Source: Prochlorococcus sp. AG-402-N10
GTDB lineage: Bacteria > Cyanobacteriota > Cyanobacteriia > PCC-6307 > Cyanobiaceae
DNA length: 64,000 nucleotides
Direction of reading: 5' to 3'
Assembly (NCBI GenBank): GCA_003216465.1
Contig: QCIU01000006.1
Span: forward strand, 4,967 to 68,966
The position numbers were made by a program, and so were the translations under genes. Below the pieces are notes generated by a model. The model had not been told where the DNA came from and made no database searches. It saw only the letters and a list, made by a program, of their open reading frames with translations. Shown here one piece after another: positions 29,375 through 39,183 of the stretch; position 1 is the stretch's first letter, and each line of letters starts with the position of its first letter.

Positions 29375-30274
29375 TTGAATAAAAATAATTCTGAAGATTT
29401 TAATAAGCAGCATCTTGATTACTTTGAAAAAATCAAGGTTTCTTTGCAAGATCCATTAGGATTTAATATCTCTAATGATGTTAATTGGATAAAACTTAAC
29501 GAAAAATGGAATTCTTCAAAATTCCCTGTAGTTATAGGAGGTATGGGTCAGCCTGTAATGCTTTTACATGGATTTGATAGTAGTTTTTTAGAATTTAGGA
29601 GAGTATATCCTTTTTTAAAAAATAAATTCCAATTAATTATTCCTGACTTGTTAGGATTTGGATTTTCTCCTAGAAATGCTACTGATCAATATAATCCTAG
29701 GAATATTATTTCTAACCTTATAGATATTATTGATACTTTAAAAATAAAAAATAAATTGAATATTGTTGGGGCATCTATGGGTGGCTCAGTTGCAATAAAT
29801 CTTGCGAAAGAAATTCCAGATCTTATTGATAAGATAATTCTTTTATCTCCAGCAGGTCTATTCGGAGAACCAAAAAATATTCCCTTCCCATTAAATCAAA
29901 TTGGGGCTGCTTTTTTAGGATTACCTAAAGTTAGACAAAGTCTTTGTAGACAAGCTTTTGCTTATCCAGATTTTAGTGTTGGGTTTATGGAAGAGCAAAT
30001 TGCTTCAATTCATTTAGGCTGTTCTGGTTGGAGAAACTCTTTGGCTTCTTTTGCAAAAAGTGGCGGATTTGCCGGAACATATAAATATATAGAAAATATT
30101 TCAATAAAAACCATTTGTGGCGAGAATGATCGTATTTTAGGGGAAAAAGAAATTAATAATATCAAGAAGATAGATCAGTTAAATTTTATTGGGTTGCAAA
30201 ATTGTGGGCATCTTCCTCATGTGGATTTACCATCATTATCCAGTAAAATTATTTACGATTATTTTTGTGTTTAA
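29375..30274 (+). CDS. alpha/beta-fold hydrolase
   Basis: LLHGFDSS oxyanion region, nucleophile elbow GASMGG, C-terminal CGHLPH. Confidence 0.75.
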   Translation: MNKNNSEDFNKQHLDYFEKIKVSLQDPLGFNISNDVNWIKLNEKWNSSKFPVVIGGMGQPVMLLHGFDSSFLEFRRVYPFLKNKFQLIIPDLLGFGFSPRNATDQYNPRNIISNLIDIIDTLKIKNKLNIVGASMGGSVAINLAKEIPDLIDKIILLSPAGLFGEPKNIPFPLNQIGAAFLGLPKVRQSLCRQAFAYPDFSVGFMEEQIASIHLGCSGWRNSLASFAKSGGFAGTYKYIENISIKTICGENDRILGEKEINNIKKIDQLNFIGLQNCGHLPHVDLPSLSSKIIYDYFCV

Positions 30275-30415
30275 TAAAATTGTTTTCAATAATATTATTT
30301 AACTAGCGATTAGAAAGTGGTTAAAATCTGTAACAAAAAATATTAAAATTAAAAATTGTCAAATTAAAAATAAATTTATCAATATAGATTTATCATCTAA
30401 AATAATATTTGATAA

Positions 30416-31273
30416 TTAGTTAAAAGGCTTTAAAATTATTATTATGGTGTAGATAACGGATGGAGTAAAAATATAGCTATCTATTCTATCAAGAATGCCA
30501 CCATGACCTGGAAGAAAAGTACCAGAATCTTTTAATTTTGCATCCCTCTTCATCATTGATTCAATTAAATCTCCTACTAATGCCATTAGAGATACAAATA
30601 TGCCATACACTATTCCAATTAAAAATGGATTCTGCCAATTAAGAAGAAAAGCAAAAATGGTGGCTACAGAAATTGAGCATATTATGCCGCCAATTAACCC
30701 CTCAACAGTTTTGCTTGGGGAAATAGGAGATAGTCCCCTTTTACCAATAGACTTGCCAATAAAATAAGAGCCAATATCACTAGCTACAATTAATAAACAT
30801 GAAATTAAAGTTAAGTAGAGACCTATTGAATTTGCAAAACTTTCTAAAGAAACTAATCCGCTAGAAGAAATAATTGCAACTGATTGTACTGCCCTTAACT
30901 TAATCCAATAACTAGGTAAAAAACCTAAATAAAATAGTCCAAAAATAGATGCTGCAATATCAGAAATTGAACCTGATTTGGGCTGAAGTAATAGCCAAGT
31001 GCATATTCCAACTGAACATATTGGTAAAATAGAGTTGTATATTTCTTTATCAAGAGATCCAATCGCTTCGAGATAAGTAGAAATTATAATTATGAAACAA
31101 GAAAATAAGGTAGTTTTAGTTGCTGGTTTAATTCCAGTAAATTCTGCCATTCTAAAGAACTCTAGCAGTGCAAAATAAGTAAGTAATGCAATTGCTATTG
31201 TGAAATACCATCCACCTAATAAAACAACAACTAATCCAAAAAATCCAATTAGTAATCCACTTCGCAATCTCAT
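30416..31273 (-). CDS. cdsA: phosphatidate cytidylyltransferase (CDP-diglyceride synthase)
   Basis: Polytopic membrane protein carrying the signature SMMKRDAKLKDSGTFLPGHGGILDRIDS. Confidence 0.9.
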   Translation of the reverse strand: MRLRSGLLIGFFGLVVVLLGGWYFTIAIALLTYFALLEFFRMAEFTGIKPATKTTLFSCFIIIISTYLEAIGSLDKEIYNSILPICSVGICTWLLLQPKSGSISDIAASIFGLFYLGFLPSYWIKLRAVQSVAIISSSGLVSLESFANSIGLYLTLISCLLIVASDIGSYFIGKSIGKRGLSPISPSKTVEGLIGGIICSISVATIFAFLLNWQNPFLIGIVYGIFVSLMALVGDLIESMMKRDAKLKDSGTFLPGHGGILDRIDSYIFTPSVIYTIIIILKPFN

Positions 31274-31282
31274 ATTTAATTT

Positions 31283-32680
31283 CTATGTATTTAAAACTCT
31301 TATATAAGAATTTAACAGATCTTCATTATACAAACTTTGACTTTCTATCCAGTCGATTCTTTCTTGGTCTATCCTCTCTCCAGGGATTATTAATGGTATC
31401 CCTGGAGGGTAAGGGCAAATAATATCACCAGAAATTTTACCTAATGATTCTGCAAGAGGAATACTATGAGTCTTGCTTCTCCAGGCAATTCCTATTGGAA
31501 TTTCTGGTGATTGAACTAATCTAAAAGGTGGTTTTATAGCTTTCATACAAATAGATTTTTTAGGATGAAGTTTTAATTTTTCCCATAATTCTTGAAATAA
31601 AATAATAAAATTTCTATGATTTGAAAAACCTAGACAAAAAGTAAGTGTCATCATTTCTGGGAGCTCTGCGATGAGTCCGTTTTTATAAAAAAATTTATCT
31701 GCAGTAAAACCATCAATTCCAACTTTAGATGTATTTAATACTAGTTTTAAAGGATCTTGAGTTTCAACAAGAGGAATATTTCTTTGAATTAGTTCATTGA
31801 AAATATCTTTCGCCTCCAAAATTCTTTTTTGGTATTGGCATAAATTATCTTCATTTATCCAGTCTTTAAGAGACTCCTCACAAGAGGAAAGCAAGAGAGA
31901 ATTTTGACTAGTTGTTTGTAATAAACTAATGCTGTTTATTAATTTATCTTCTTCAATAAGATTCCCTTTATGCCAAAGCACTGCAGTTTGAGTTAATCCG
32001 TTCAGTGATTTGTGTAAAGAGTGGACTACTAAATCTGCTTCTGATCTTATTGCAGATTTAGGCAAATTAATATTCTCGCAAAAAAGAAAATAGGATCCGT
32101 GAGCTTCATCTACTAAAACAGGTAGATTATTTTTATGACAAATTTCTATTAAAGGTTCGATCTCTGACGCATATCCTTGATAGTAAGGACTAACAAGAAT
32201 CACACCTACAATTTTTTTCTTTTCTAGATCTAAATTGCTAAAAACATTTGCTAACCAGTTTTTAGTTATTGGCTTGTAATGACCAGTCTCAATTGAAAAC
32301 TCAATGTCAAAGAATATTGGGACAATATTTTGAAGAGCACAAGCTTTAATAACACTTATGTGGACATTCCTTGGCATAAGAATACACTCTCCTGGATTCG
32401 CCATTGCAATTATTCCTGATTGGATTAATCCAGATGCTCCATTTACTCCAAAGAAACATCTTTTTGTATTAAATTTTTCTGAGAGTGATTTTTGAGCTTC
32501 AGCTATTAACCCCCTCTTTGATAGTGTTGAACCCATCTCAGGTAATTCTGGTAAATCCCAAAATCCGGGAGGGCTTTTTAATATTTTTATTAACTCTTTT
32601 GGTAAGGCCTTCCCTCTACTGTGTGCGGGAAAAAAAAGTGACTTTAAAAACTTTTTAGTTAGAAAAGATGAAATACTCAT
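31283..32680 (-). CDS. PLP-dependent Orn/Lys/Arg decarboxylase family protein
   Basis: Fold-I PLP enzyme pattern with the HSLHKSL lysine motif; 465 aa. Confidence 0.7.
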   Translation of the reverse strand: MSISSFLTKKFLKSLFFPAHSRGKALPKELIKILKSPPGFWDLPELPEMGSTLSKRGLIAEAQKSLSEKFNTKRCFFGVNGASGLIQSGIIAMANPGECILMPRNVHISVIKACALQNIVPIFFDIEFSIETGHYKPITKNWLANVFSNLDLEKKKIVGVILVSPYYQGYASEIEPLIEICHKNNLPVLVDEAHGSYFLFCENINLPKSAIRSEADLVVHSLHKSLNGLTQTAVLWHKGNLIEEDKLINSISLLQTTSQNSLLLSSCEESLKDWINEDNLCQYQKRILEAKDIFNELIQRNIPLVETQDPLKLVLNTSKVGIDGFTADKFFYKNGLIAELPEMMTLTFCLGFSNHRNFIILFQELWEKLKLHPKKSICMKAIKPPFRLVQSPEIPIGIAWRSKTHSIPLAESLGKISGDIICPYPPGIPLIIPGERIDQERIDWIESQSLYNEDLLNSYIRVLNT

Positions 32681-32747
32681 AAAGTATTATTGACGTATAT
32701 AGAATGTAGAGATATTAAATCCTTCTGTAAATATTTTTTTAATTTTA

Positions 32748-34406
32748 ATGATAAATACGAATTCAAAATATTCATCAAAAGAAGATCTGATTTGGTTGTT
32801 ATTAAGGCCATGGATTTTTATCCCAAGGGTCTTATATATTCTTCTAACTTTAGTTTTTCTTGTAATAAGAATACTTTTTCAAGGTAACAGCAATAATAAA
32901 TTTGTACAGAAAAGTCTTTCGAAATATCTTTTTGATGTAATTACTGAATTAGGACCTTGTTTTATTAAATTAGGCCAGGCCTTATCGACAAGGCCAGATC
33001 TTGTAAGGCAAGATTGGCTTGAAGAACTAACAAATCTACAAGATAATCTACCCCCTTTTGAACATAAAATTGCACTTCGAATTATTGAAGAAGAGTTTGG
33101 AAATCCTGCCAATGAATTATTTGATGATTTTCCAGACAAACCTATTGCTTCAGCTAGCTTAGGAATAGTTTATAAAGCAAAGAAGAAGAATAATTCTTTT
33201 TGTGCAGTAAAAGTGCAGAGGCCTAATTTGTACTTTCTTATTAGGAGAGATGTTGTAATTTTAAAAATCCTGGCAACTACTTTCTCCCCATTTTTGCCAT
33301 TTAACTTAGGCGTTGGTATTGGAGAAATAATAGATGAATTTGGTAAGGCACTTTTTGATGAAATTGACTATGATAAAGAAGGAAAAAATGCTGTAAAGTT
33401 TGCTAAATTATTTAAAGATAATCCTAATGTATTTGTACCTAAATTAGAAAAAGATCTTTCCTCGAAAAGAGTTATAACTACTTCTTGGATAAATGGAGTC
33501 AAACTAAGAGATAGAGAAATATTAGAGCAAAATGAGTTAAATCCTACATCTTTTATAAGAACATGTGTAATAAGTGGGTTACAACAATTATTTGAACATG
33601 GATATTTTCATGCAGATCCTCACCCTGGAAATATGTTTGCTCTCAAAGGTGGAAGTGCAGATTCAGGTCACTTGGCTTATGTTGATTTTGGGATGATGGA
33701 TTCCATTACGAATTCAGATAGGCTTACCCTTATTAGGGCGATTGTACACTTGATTAACGAACAATATTTACTTCTAGCTAAAGATTTTCAGAAATTAGGT
33801 TTCTTAACTAAAGATCAAGATCTTGAACTTCTTGTTAAACCGTTAAAGGAGATACTTGGGGATTCTTTTGGTGCTGAGGTGGGTAATTTTAATTTGAAAA
33901 ACGTAACTGATAAATTCTCAGAGCTTATGTATTCTTACCCATTTAGAGTCCCAAGTAGATTCGCATTAATTATTAGAGCAGTTGTCAGTCAAGAAGGTTT
34001 GGCATTAAGACTTGATCCTGAATTTAAAATTTTGAAAATTGCATACCCATACATTGCTAAAAAACTATTAACCGATAATTCAGAAGAAATTATACAAATC
34101 CTTTTAGAAGTAGTATTTGATAATGAAGGTAGAATTCAAATAGAAAAGCTTGAAAGTTTATTGAATATATTATTTAAGAGTTCAGAAAGTATTAGTCCTG
34201 ATCTGATACCAGTAGCAAATGCCGGATTAAAATTATTTGTGAGTGAAAAAGGATCTGAAGTAAGGAAAAATCTTTTATTAAGTCTTATCAAAGATGACAA
34301 ATTAGAATTTAAAGATGCAGAAAAACTTTTAAGTTTAATTAAAGAAAACTTTAGTCCATTAAAATTAGCTAGAAGTGCTGTTCAAAATATGATCTCCCCA
34401 GTTTAA
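32748..34406 (+). CDS. ABC1/UbiB-family atypical kinase
   Basis: PIASASLGIVYKA, VKVQRP, FHADPHPGNM, VDFGMM. Confidence 0.85.
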   Translation: MINTNSKYSSKEDLIWLLLRPWIFIPRVLYILLTLVFLVIRILFQGNSNNKFVQKSLSKYLFDVITELGPCFIKLGQALSTRPDLVRQDWLEELTNLQDNLPPFEHKIALRIIEEEFGNPANELFDDFPDKPIASASLGIVYKAKKKNNSFCAVKVQRPNLYFLIRRDVVILKILATTFSPFLPFNLGVGIGEIIDEFGKALFDEIDYDKEGKNAVKFAKLFKDNPNVFVPKLEKDLSSKRVITTSWINGVKLRDREILEQNELNPTSFIRTCVISGLQQLFEHGYFHADPHPGNMFALKGGSADSGHLAYVDFGMMDSITNSDRLTLIRAIVHLINEQYLLLAKDFQKLGFLTKDQDLELLVKPLKEILGDSFGAEVGNFNLKNVTDKFSELMYSYPFRVPSRFALIIRAVVSQEGLALRLDPEFKILKIAYPYIAKKLLTDNSEEIIQILLEVVFDNEGRIQIEKLESLLNILFKSSESISPDLIPVANAGLKLFVSEKGSEVRKNLLLSLIKDDKLEFKDAEKLLSLIKENFSPLKLARSAVQNMISPV

Positions 34407-34482
34407 CTTTTAAATAATTTTTTTAAACTATAAGTTTGATTAAAAGACAGAGTAAAATTAACTAAATAATTAGGTACATAAC

Positions 34483-34749
34483 TTGAATAGTAAAAGACTT
34501 AATAAAGTTCTTATAAATTATGGTATTTATTCCACAAGGAACGCAGATCTATTTAAAAAAGACTTGAAATACTCCTTTTTAAAAAAAACTTTTAAAAAAG
34601 GGCAAAATAGGCCAATAAGCCGAATAGCTAGTTTATTGAGTTATAAAGTAATTGATTTACAACGAGTAAATTTTGCTAATATTTCATTATTTAATCTTAA
34701 TCTGGGTGAGTGTAAATTAATGAATATGAATAAAATTCAAAATTTCTAA
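34483..34749 (+). CDS. small hypothetical protein with a degenerate S4-like N-terminus
   Basis: TTG-start ORF. KRLNKVLINYGIYSTRNADLF resembles the start of S4 RNA-binding domains. The rest is unrecognisable. Confidence 0.3.
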   Translation: MNSKRLNKVLINYGIYSTRNADLFKKDLKYSFLKKTFKKGQNRPISRIASLLSYKVIDLQRVNFANISLFNLNLGECKLMNMNKIQNF

Positions 34750-35243
34750 TGAAAAAATTTAATTTTATTTTTCAAAATAAAAATAATAAAATAAAAAATG
34801 TAATCGATTTTAAATTAATAAATGAGCAATATTGTGAAATTGGCAAATTAGTAAAAGAAGCAAGAATTAAACAAAATCTCTCAATCAAGCAATTATCGGA
34901 TATCTCTAAAATTTCAGAATCAAATATAAAAGCAATTGAGAATAATATTAATGAGCTTAGACCTAAATACCCTTTTATAAGATCAATTTTATTAAAGCTC
35001 GAAAAATGTTTATCTTTGAAAAACAATACATTAGTAGGGTTGGCAACTAAGGAAACAAATACTTTTAAAAAAGGCAAAGAGAAACTTATTATTAGAAAGT
35101 TTGATTTTATTAATTCATGGCAGAGTAGTATCTTTTATTTTTTATTTTTAATTTTGACATTATTTATTCTAAATCGATATTTTATCTCTAATATTAATAT
35201 TATCGAAATCCAAATTATTGAAGAAAAAATCAAGAAAAAATAA
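34749..35243 (+). CDS. HTH (XRE/RodZ-like) protein with a C-terminal transmembrane segment
   Basis: HTH IGKLVKEARIKQNLSIKQLSDISKISESNIKAIEN, plus a hydrophobic helix SIFYFLFLILTLFILNRYF. Confidence 0.5.
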   Translation: MKKFNFIFQNKNNKIKNVIDFKLINEQYCEIGKLVKEARIKQNLSIKQLSDISKISESNIKAIENNINELRPKYPFIRSILLKLEKCLSLKNNTLVGLATKETNTFKKGKEKLIIRKFDFINSWQSSIFYFLFLILTLFILNRYFISNINIIEIQIIEEKIKKK

Positions 35244-35253
35244 GTTTTAATTA

Positions 35254-36774
35254 CTAAAGATCTACTCTTCCATAACTATTCCCAAGCTTACTATATTTTT
35301 GTAAACTTATCTCTACTTCAGCTAAAGGTTTTCCTAATTTCCATCTCCAATTATTTAAAATAGTGCCTGGTGTATTTAGCCTGCTAGAGTCGTCCAAGGA
35401 TAAGATATCTTGAATAGGAGAGATAAAGAGGTTAGCTTTTGTTTGCATGCCAATTTCTATTAAATCCCAGGAGGGATTATTAGAAAAATTATAATTGTCT
35501 CTAAGATGATTTTTAATATGATTCTCTAAGCTATCCCACCAAGAAAAGGTAGTATTATTATCATGAGTTCCTGTATAAACAACCCAATTATTCCCAAGTA
35601 TATTTTTAGGTAGATAAGGGTTTTGCTCGTTACCGTCAAAAGCGAATTGCAAAATTTTCATACCAGGTAGGGCAAAATTATCTCTTAATATTTCAACGTC
35701 TTTAGTTATTACTCCTAAATCTTCAGCAATAATAGGCAAATTATCAGTTTTCAAGTCTTTTTTGAGAATATTCAATAACGCTCCACCTGGCGAATTAATC
35801 CATTGCCCATTTATTGCGGTTTTAGCATTACCTTGAACTCTCCAATAACCAGATAATGCTCTGAAATGATCAAGTCTTAGTATATCAACGAGTTCAAATT
35901 GTCTTTTAAATCTTTCTCTCCACCAAGTGAAATTTGTTCTTTTGTGTTTTGCCCAATAATAAGTTGGGGTGCCCCAAAGTTGTCCAGTTGATGAGAAATA
36001 ATCGGGAGGTACTCCACTTTGAAACAGTAATTCTCCATTTTGCGATATTGAGAATAGTGATTTGTTACTCCATACATCGGCACTATCTCTTGATACATAA
36101 AAAGGCAAATCGCCTATGAGTTTAATACCTTCTGATTGAGCAAAATCTTTAATTTCTTTCCATTGTTTATCTAGATGCCATTGTATTAGTTTTGTTTTAA
36201 GTATTTCTTCTTTTTTGTTATTCATCCATTGCTTTAATATTTCAACTCTTTTTTGTTTAAACTCTAATGGCCACTGCCACCAGGGTAACTTATTGAATTC
36301 TTCTCTTATAACCATAAATATCGAATAATCTTCAATCCAATTATTTTTTTTAACCCATATACTAAAATCTTTTTTCCTCTCTTCAGATTGAGAATCCCAG
36401 TCATTTATAAGATATTCTCCTAATTTTTTAGATAAAGAATCCGCAAAATCAAAATCAAAATAATCGTTGTTATTTTTAATTGATACTAGCTCCTCGATAT
36501 TTGCTGTGATGATATAACCTTTCTTAATTAATTCATTTATATCTAGAAACCAAGGATTTAAAGCAAAACTGGATGGAGAACTATAAGGAGACCCTGTTGA
36601 ATCTGTTGGTGTAAGAGGTAAGAACTGCCAGTAATTAATTTTATGCTTAGAAAGTTTCTTAATCCAATCTTTTGCCCCTGCTCCAAAAGTGCCGCAGTAA
36701 CTTCCTCCAGGAAGGCTCGATGGATGGATAAGTATTCCAATAGATTTTTTGTTTAGTACAGAATTTAAAGACAT
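35254..36774 (-). CDS. malQ: 4-alpha-glucanotransferase (amylomaltase, GH77)
   Basis: GILIHPSSLPG, ILRLDHFRAL, IIAEDLG, YTGTHDN. Confidence 0.9.
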   Translation of the reverse strand: MSLNSVLNKKSIGILIHPSSLPGGSYCGTFGAGAKDWIKKLSKHKINYWQFLPLTPTDSTGSPYSSPSSFALNPWFLDINELIKKGYIITANIEELVSIKNNNDYFDFDFADSLSKKLGEYLINDWDSQSEERKKDFSIWVKKNNWIEDYSIFMVIREEFNKLPWWQWPLEFKQKRVEILKQWMNNKKEEILKTKLIQWHLDKQWKEIKDFAQSEGIKLIGDLPFYVSRDSADVWSNKSLFSISQNGELLFQSGVPPDYFSSTGQLWGTPTYYWAKHKRTNFTWWRERFKRQFELVDILRLDHFRALSGYWRVQGNAKTAINGQWINSPGGALLNILKKDLKTDNLPIIAEDLGVITKDVEILRDNFALPGMKILQFAFDGNEQNPYLPKNILGNNWVVYTGTHDNNTTFSWWDSLENHIKNHLRDNYNFSNNPSWDLIEIGMQTKANLFISPIQDILSLDDSSRLNTPGTILNNWRWKLGKPLAEVEISLQKYSKLGNSYGRVDL

Positions 36775-37034
36775 AAATATTTTTTAAGTTTTGATTTTTT
36801 AGAATTCAATTGCCGTCTATGATTTAAGATTAACAATAAATTTTGATGAATTAACAAATACATAAATAGGTTTCTTTTGTTTCCTAATATGAATCGTAAC
36901 TATATATATTTTTTATAAAATCTTTTTTACTCAATCCTAAGACTTGTTACTTTTTAAAAAATATAAGTTAATTAATTTTTGCGAAATTTATATTAAGCAC
37001 TACGATAAAAGAAGACATTTAAAATGCTAATTTC

Positions 37035-38030
37035 GTGACTAGTTTTATCACGGCAGTGGAGAGTGAAGAACCAAATTTCAATCTAACCAATAGTCGACTA
37101 AGGTTAGTAAGTGGGACTTCTAATCCTAAATTAGCTGATGAAATTGCATCATATTTAGGAATAGAAAATGTTCCCTTAGTATCTAAAAGATTTGCTGATG
37201 GAGAACTTTATGTTCAGATTCAACAATCGATAAGAGGTTGCGACGTATTCCTTATCCAACCTACATGTGCCCCAGTAAATGATAGTTTAATGGAACTGAT
37301 GATAATGGTTGATGCTTGCAAGAGAGCTTCAGCAAGGCAAATTACAGCAGTCATACCTTATTTTGGATATGCAAGAGCAGATAGAAAAACTTCTGGTAGA
37401 GAGTCAATAACAGCAAAGCTTAAAGCAAATTTGCTTGAAAGATCTGGAGTAGATAGAGTCCTTGCTATGGATTTACATTCTGCCCAAATACAAGGCTATT
37501 TTGATATACCTTGCGATCATATTTACGGGTCTCCTGTTTTAATTGATTATCTTGAAAGTTTAAATTTAGAGGAAGTTGTAGTTGTATCTCCAGATGTCGG
37601 CGGAGTGGCTAGAGCTAGAGCATTTGCAAAATTGATGAAAGATGCTCCATTAGCAATTATCGACAAGAGAAGATCTGCTCATAATATTGCGGAGAGCCTA
37701 ACTGTGATTGGAGAAGTAAAAGGTAAAACAGCTATTCTTATAGACGATATGATTGATACTGGGGGCACTATTTGTTCAGGCGCAAATCTCTTAAAAAATG
37801 AAGGGGCAAAGAGAATTTTTGCATGCGCTTCGCATGCAGTATTTTCTCCGCCTTCATATGAAAGGTTAAGTGTTAGAGATTTATTCGAGCAAGTTATAGT
37901 TACTAATAGTATTCCGGTTAATAATAAAGACAGCTTCTCTCAGCTAAAGGTTCTTTCAGTAGCGAATATGTTAGGAGAAGCAATATGGAGGATTCATGAA
38001 GAGAGTTCTGTTAGCTCAATGTTTAGATAA
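37035..38030 (+). CDS. prs: ribose-phosphate pyrophosphokinase
   Basis: DLHSAQIQGYFD, VVSPDVGG, ILIDDMIDTGGT. GTG start. Confidence 0.9.
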   Translation: MTSFITAVESEEPNFNLTNSRLRLVSGTSNPKLADEIASYLGIENVPLVSKRFADGELYVQIQQSIRGCDVFLIQPTCAPVNDSLMELMIMVDACKRASARQITAVIPYFGYARADRKTSGRESITAKLKANLLERSGVDRVLAMDLHSAQIQGYFDIPCDHIYGSPVLIDYLESLNLEEVVVVSPDVGGVARARAFAKLMKDAPLAIIDKRRSAHNIAESLTVIGEVKGKTAILIDDMIDTGGTICSGANLLKNEGAKRIFACASHAVFSPPSYERLSVRDLFEQVIVTNSIPVNNKDSFSQLKVLSVANMLGEAIWRIHEESSVSSMFR

Positions 38031-38038
38031 TAATTAAA

Positions 38039-38467
38039 CTACTTATTTTTCTTTTTTAGTATCTTTTTTACTTTATTAGTTACTTCTTTTGGGACACTAT
38101 CGGGACAGTATTGGATTGCCGTAGTGACAATTTGAAATTCTGCCCCTGCAAATAATTTTTCTCTTTCTATTTTTTTATCTCCTAAATCTTTTACCAAGCC
38201 TCCATGTTTCCCCTCAATTACTTGAACATAGGTTGCGGCAGCAACTCCCACAGCTTTTGGAAATTCTATACCAGCTTTTGATGCTGTACAAAGATATGAA
38301 GCTCCCATTCCTTTATAAAGATATAAATCTTTTTCGGTAGCTGCTAGGAATTTTTTTTCAGCTTTAATTTCTTTATTTAATATAGTTATTTCAAATAAGA
38401 TTGAAAATAATATTATTGGAAAAAATAAAACTTTTAGAAATTTTCTTGAATACAAATTAATTATCAT
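38039..38467 (-). CDS. secreted or membrane-anchored hypothetical protein
   Basis: N-terminal hydrophobic segment (VLFFPIILFSILFEITIL). No named motif. Confidence 0.45.
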   Translation of the reverse strand: MIINLYSRKFLKVLFFPIILFSILFEITILNKEIKAEKKFLAATEKDLYLYKGMGASYLCTASKAGIEFPKAVGVAAATYVQVIEGKHGGLVKDLGDKKIEREKLFAGAEFQIVTTAIQYCPDSVPKEVTNKVKKILKKKNK

Positions 38468-38534
38468 TAATTGATTTTTTAATTATTATTAAAGATAACA
38501 TTTTTTTAATTCCAACTAAATTTCTCAATAGAAG

Positions 38535-39077
38535 TTATGTAATAATTCTGATTTCGTGATGATTTTCTACTATTTTAAGTTTGTTTTTGTTCCATGAATA
38601 TATAACCCTAAATCTATAATTATCCAAATCAACAAGTCTTGTGTGTTCTAGGATATACCAGTCTTCATAAGAGGATTCGAATATCATTTCATGCTCATCT
38701 ACTTGTTTAATATTGGATATGCCATCAACATTACTTAAATAAAAATTTTCTCTTATTAGTTGATGTCCCTTTATATGTGCTTGCATTTCTCCTTTTTCTT
38801 TATATTTTGGATTCTCTTTAAAAAAACTATATTTTTTTTCTGGATACCAAGTAAATCTATAATGAGATTCCCATTCTTTTTTCTTTTCGAGAGCCTCTAT
38901 ATTTATAAACATGCATATGTTATAAGTTTTCTTCGCATCTTCAAGAAAATATGACCTGTTAGATTTCCAAAGTCCAATATTCCTTGAAAACCATCTTTTG
39001 AGATTACTATCGATGCTAATTTCAGGTGAATCATATTCGCCAGAATTAAATTTATTGTTTTGATTAAAAACAACCAT
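38535..39077 (-). CDS. CpcS/CpeS-family (DUF1001, lipocalin-like) phycobilin-lyase-like protein
   Basis: WFSRNIGLWKSNRSYF matches the FF..S.G.W.S.R signature. LEHTRLVDLDNYRFRV and the terminal HEIRI match the family's C-terminal EER...N.R.R / EIR pattern. Confidence 0.6.
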   Translation of the reverse strand: MVVFNQNNKFNSGEYDSPEISIDSNLKRWFSRNIGLWKSNRSYFLEDAKKTYNICMFINIEALEKKKEWESHYRFTWYPEKKYSFFKENPKYKEKGEMQAHIKGHQLIRENFYLSNVDGISNIKQVDEHEMIFESSYEDWYILEHTRLVDLDNYRFRVIYSWNKNKLKIVENHHEIRIIT

Positions 39078-39183
39078 TTATAAATATCATCTATTTATTT
39101 CATAGCTTATCTGTAAAATAAATATAATAATCTTAATGTTTTTATAAGCAGTTACAGCTTTTCAATACTTCAGGGCAAATCAT

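Noticed and set aside
32690-33139. Track ORFs 32690-32887(+) and 32879-33139(-) at the start of the ABC1 kinase gene
   Set aside because: The first is an alternative frame overlapping the better-supported 32748 start. The second is antisense. Neither has motifs.
34772-36740. Track ORFs 34772-35077(-), 35877-36098(-), 35934-36119(+) and 36558-36740(-)
   Set aside because: They are nested within or antisense to the RodZ-like gene and malQ, and look like frame shadows.
36775-37034. 260-nt spacer upstream of prs, examined for a small gene or riboswitch
   Set aside because: Only ORFs of 32 codons or fewer with implausible composition appear on either strand. The region is extremely AT-rich, and I could fold no stable GC-supported structure by eye.
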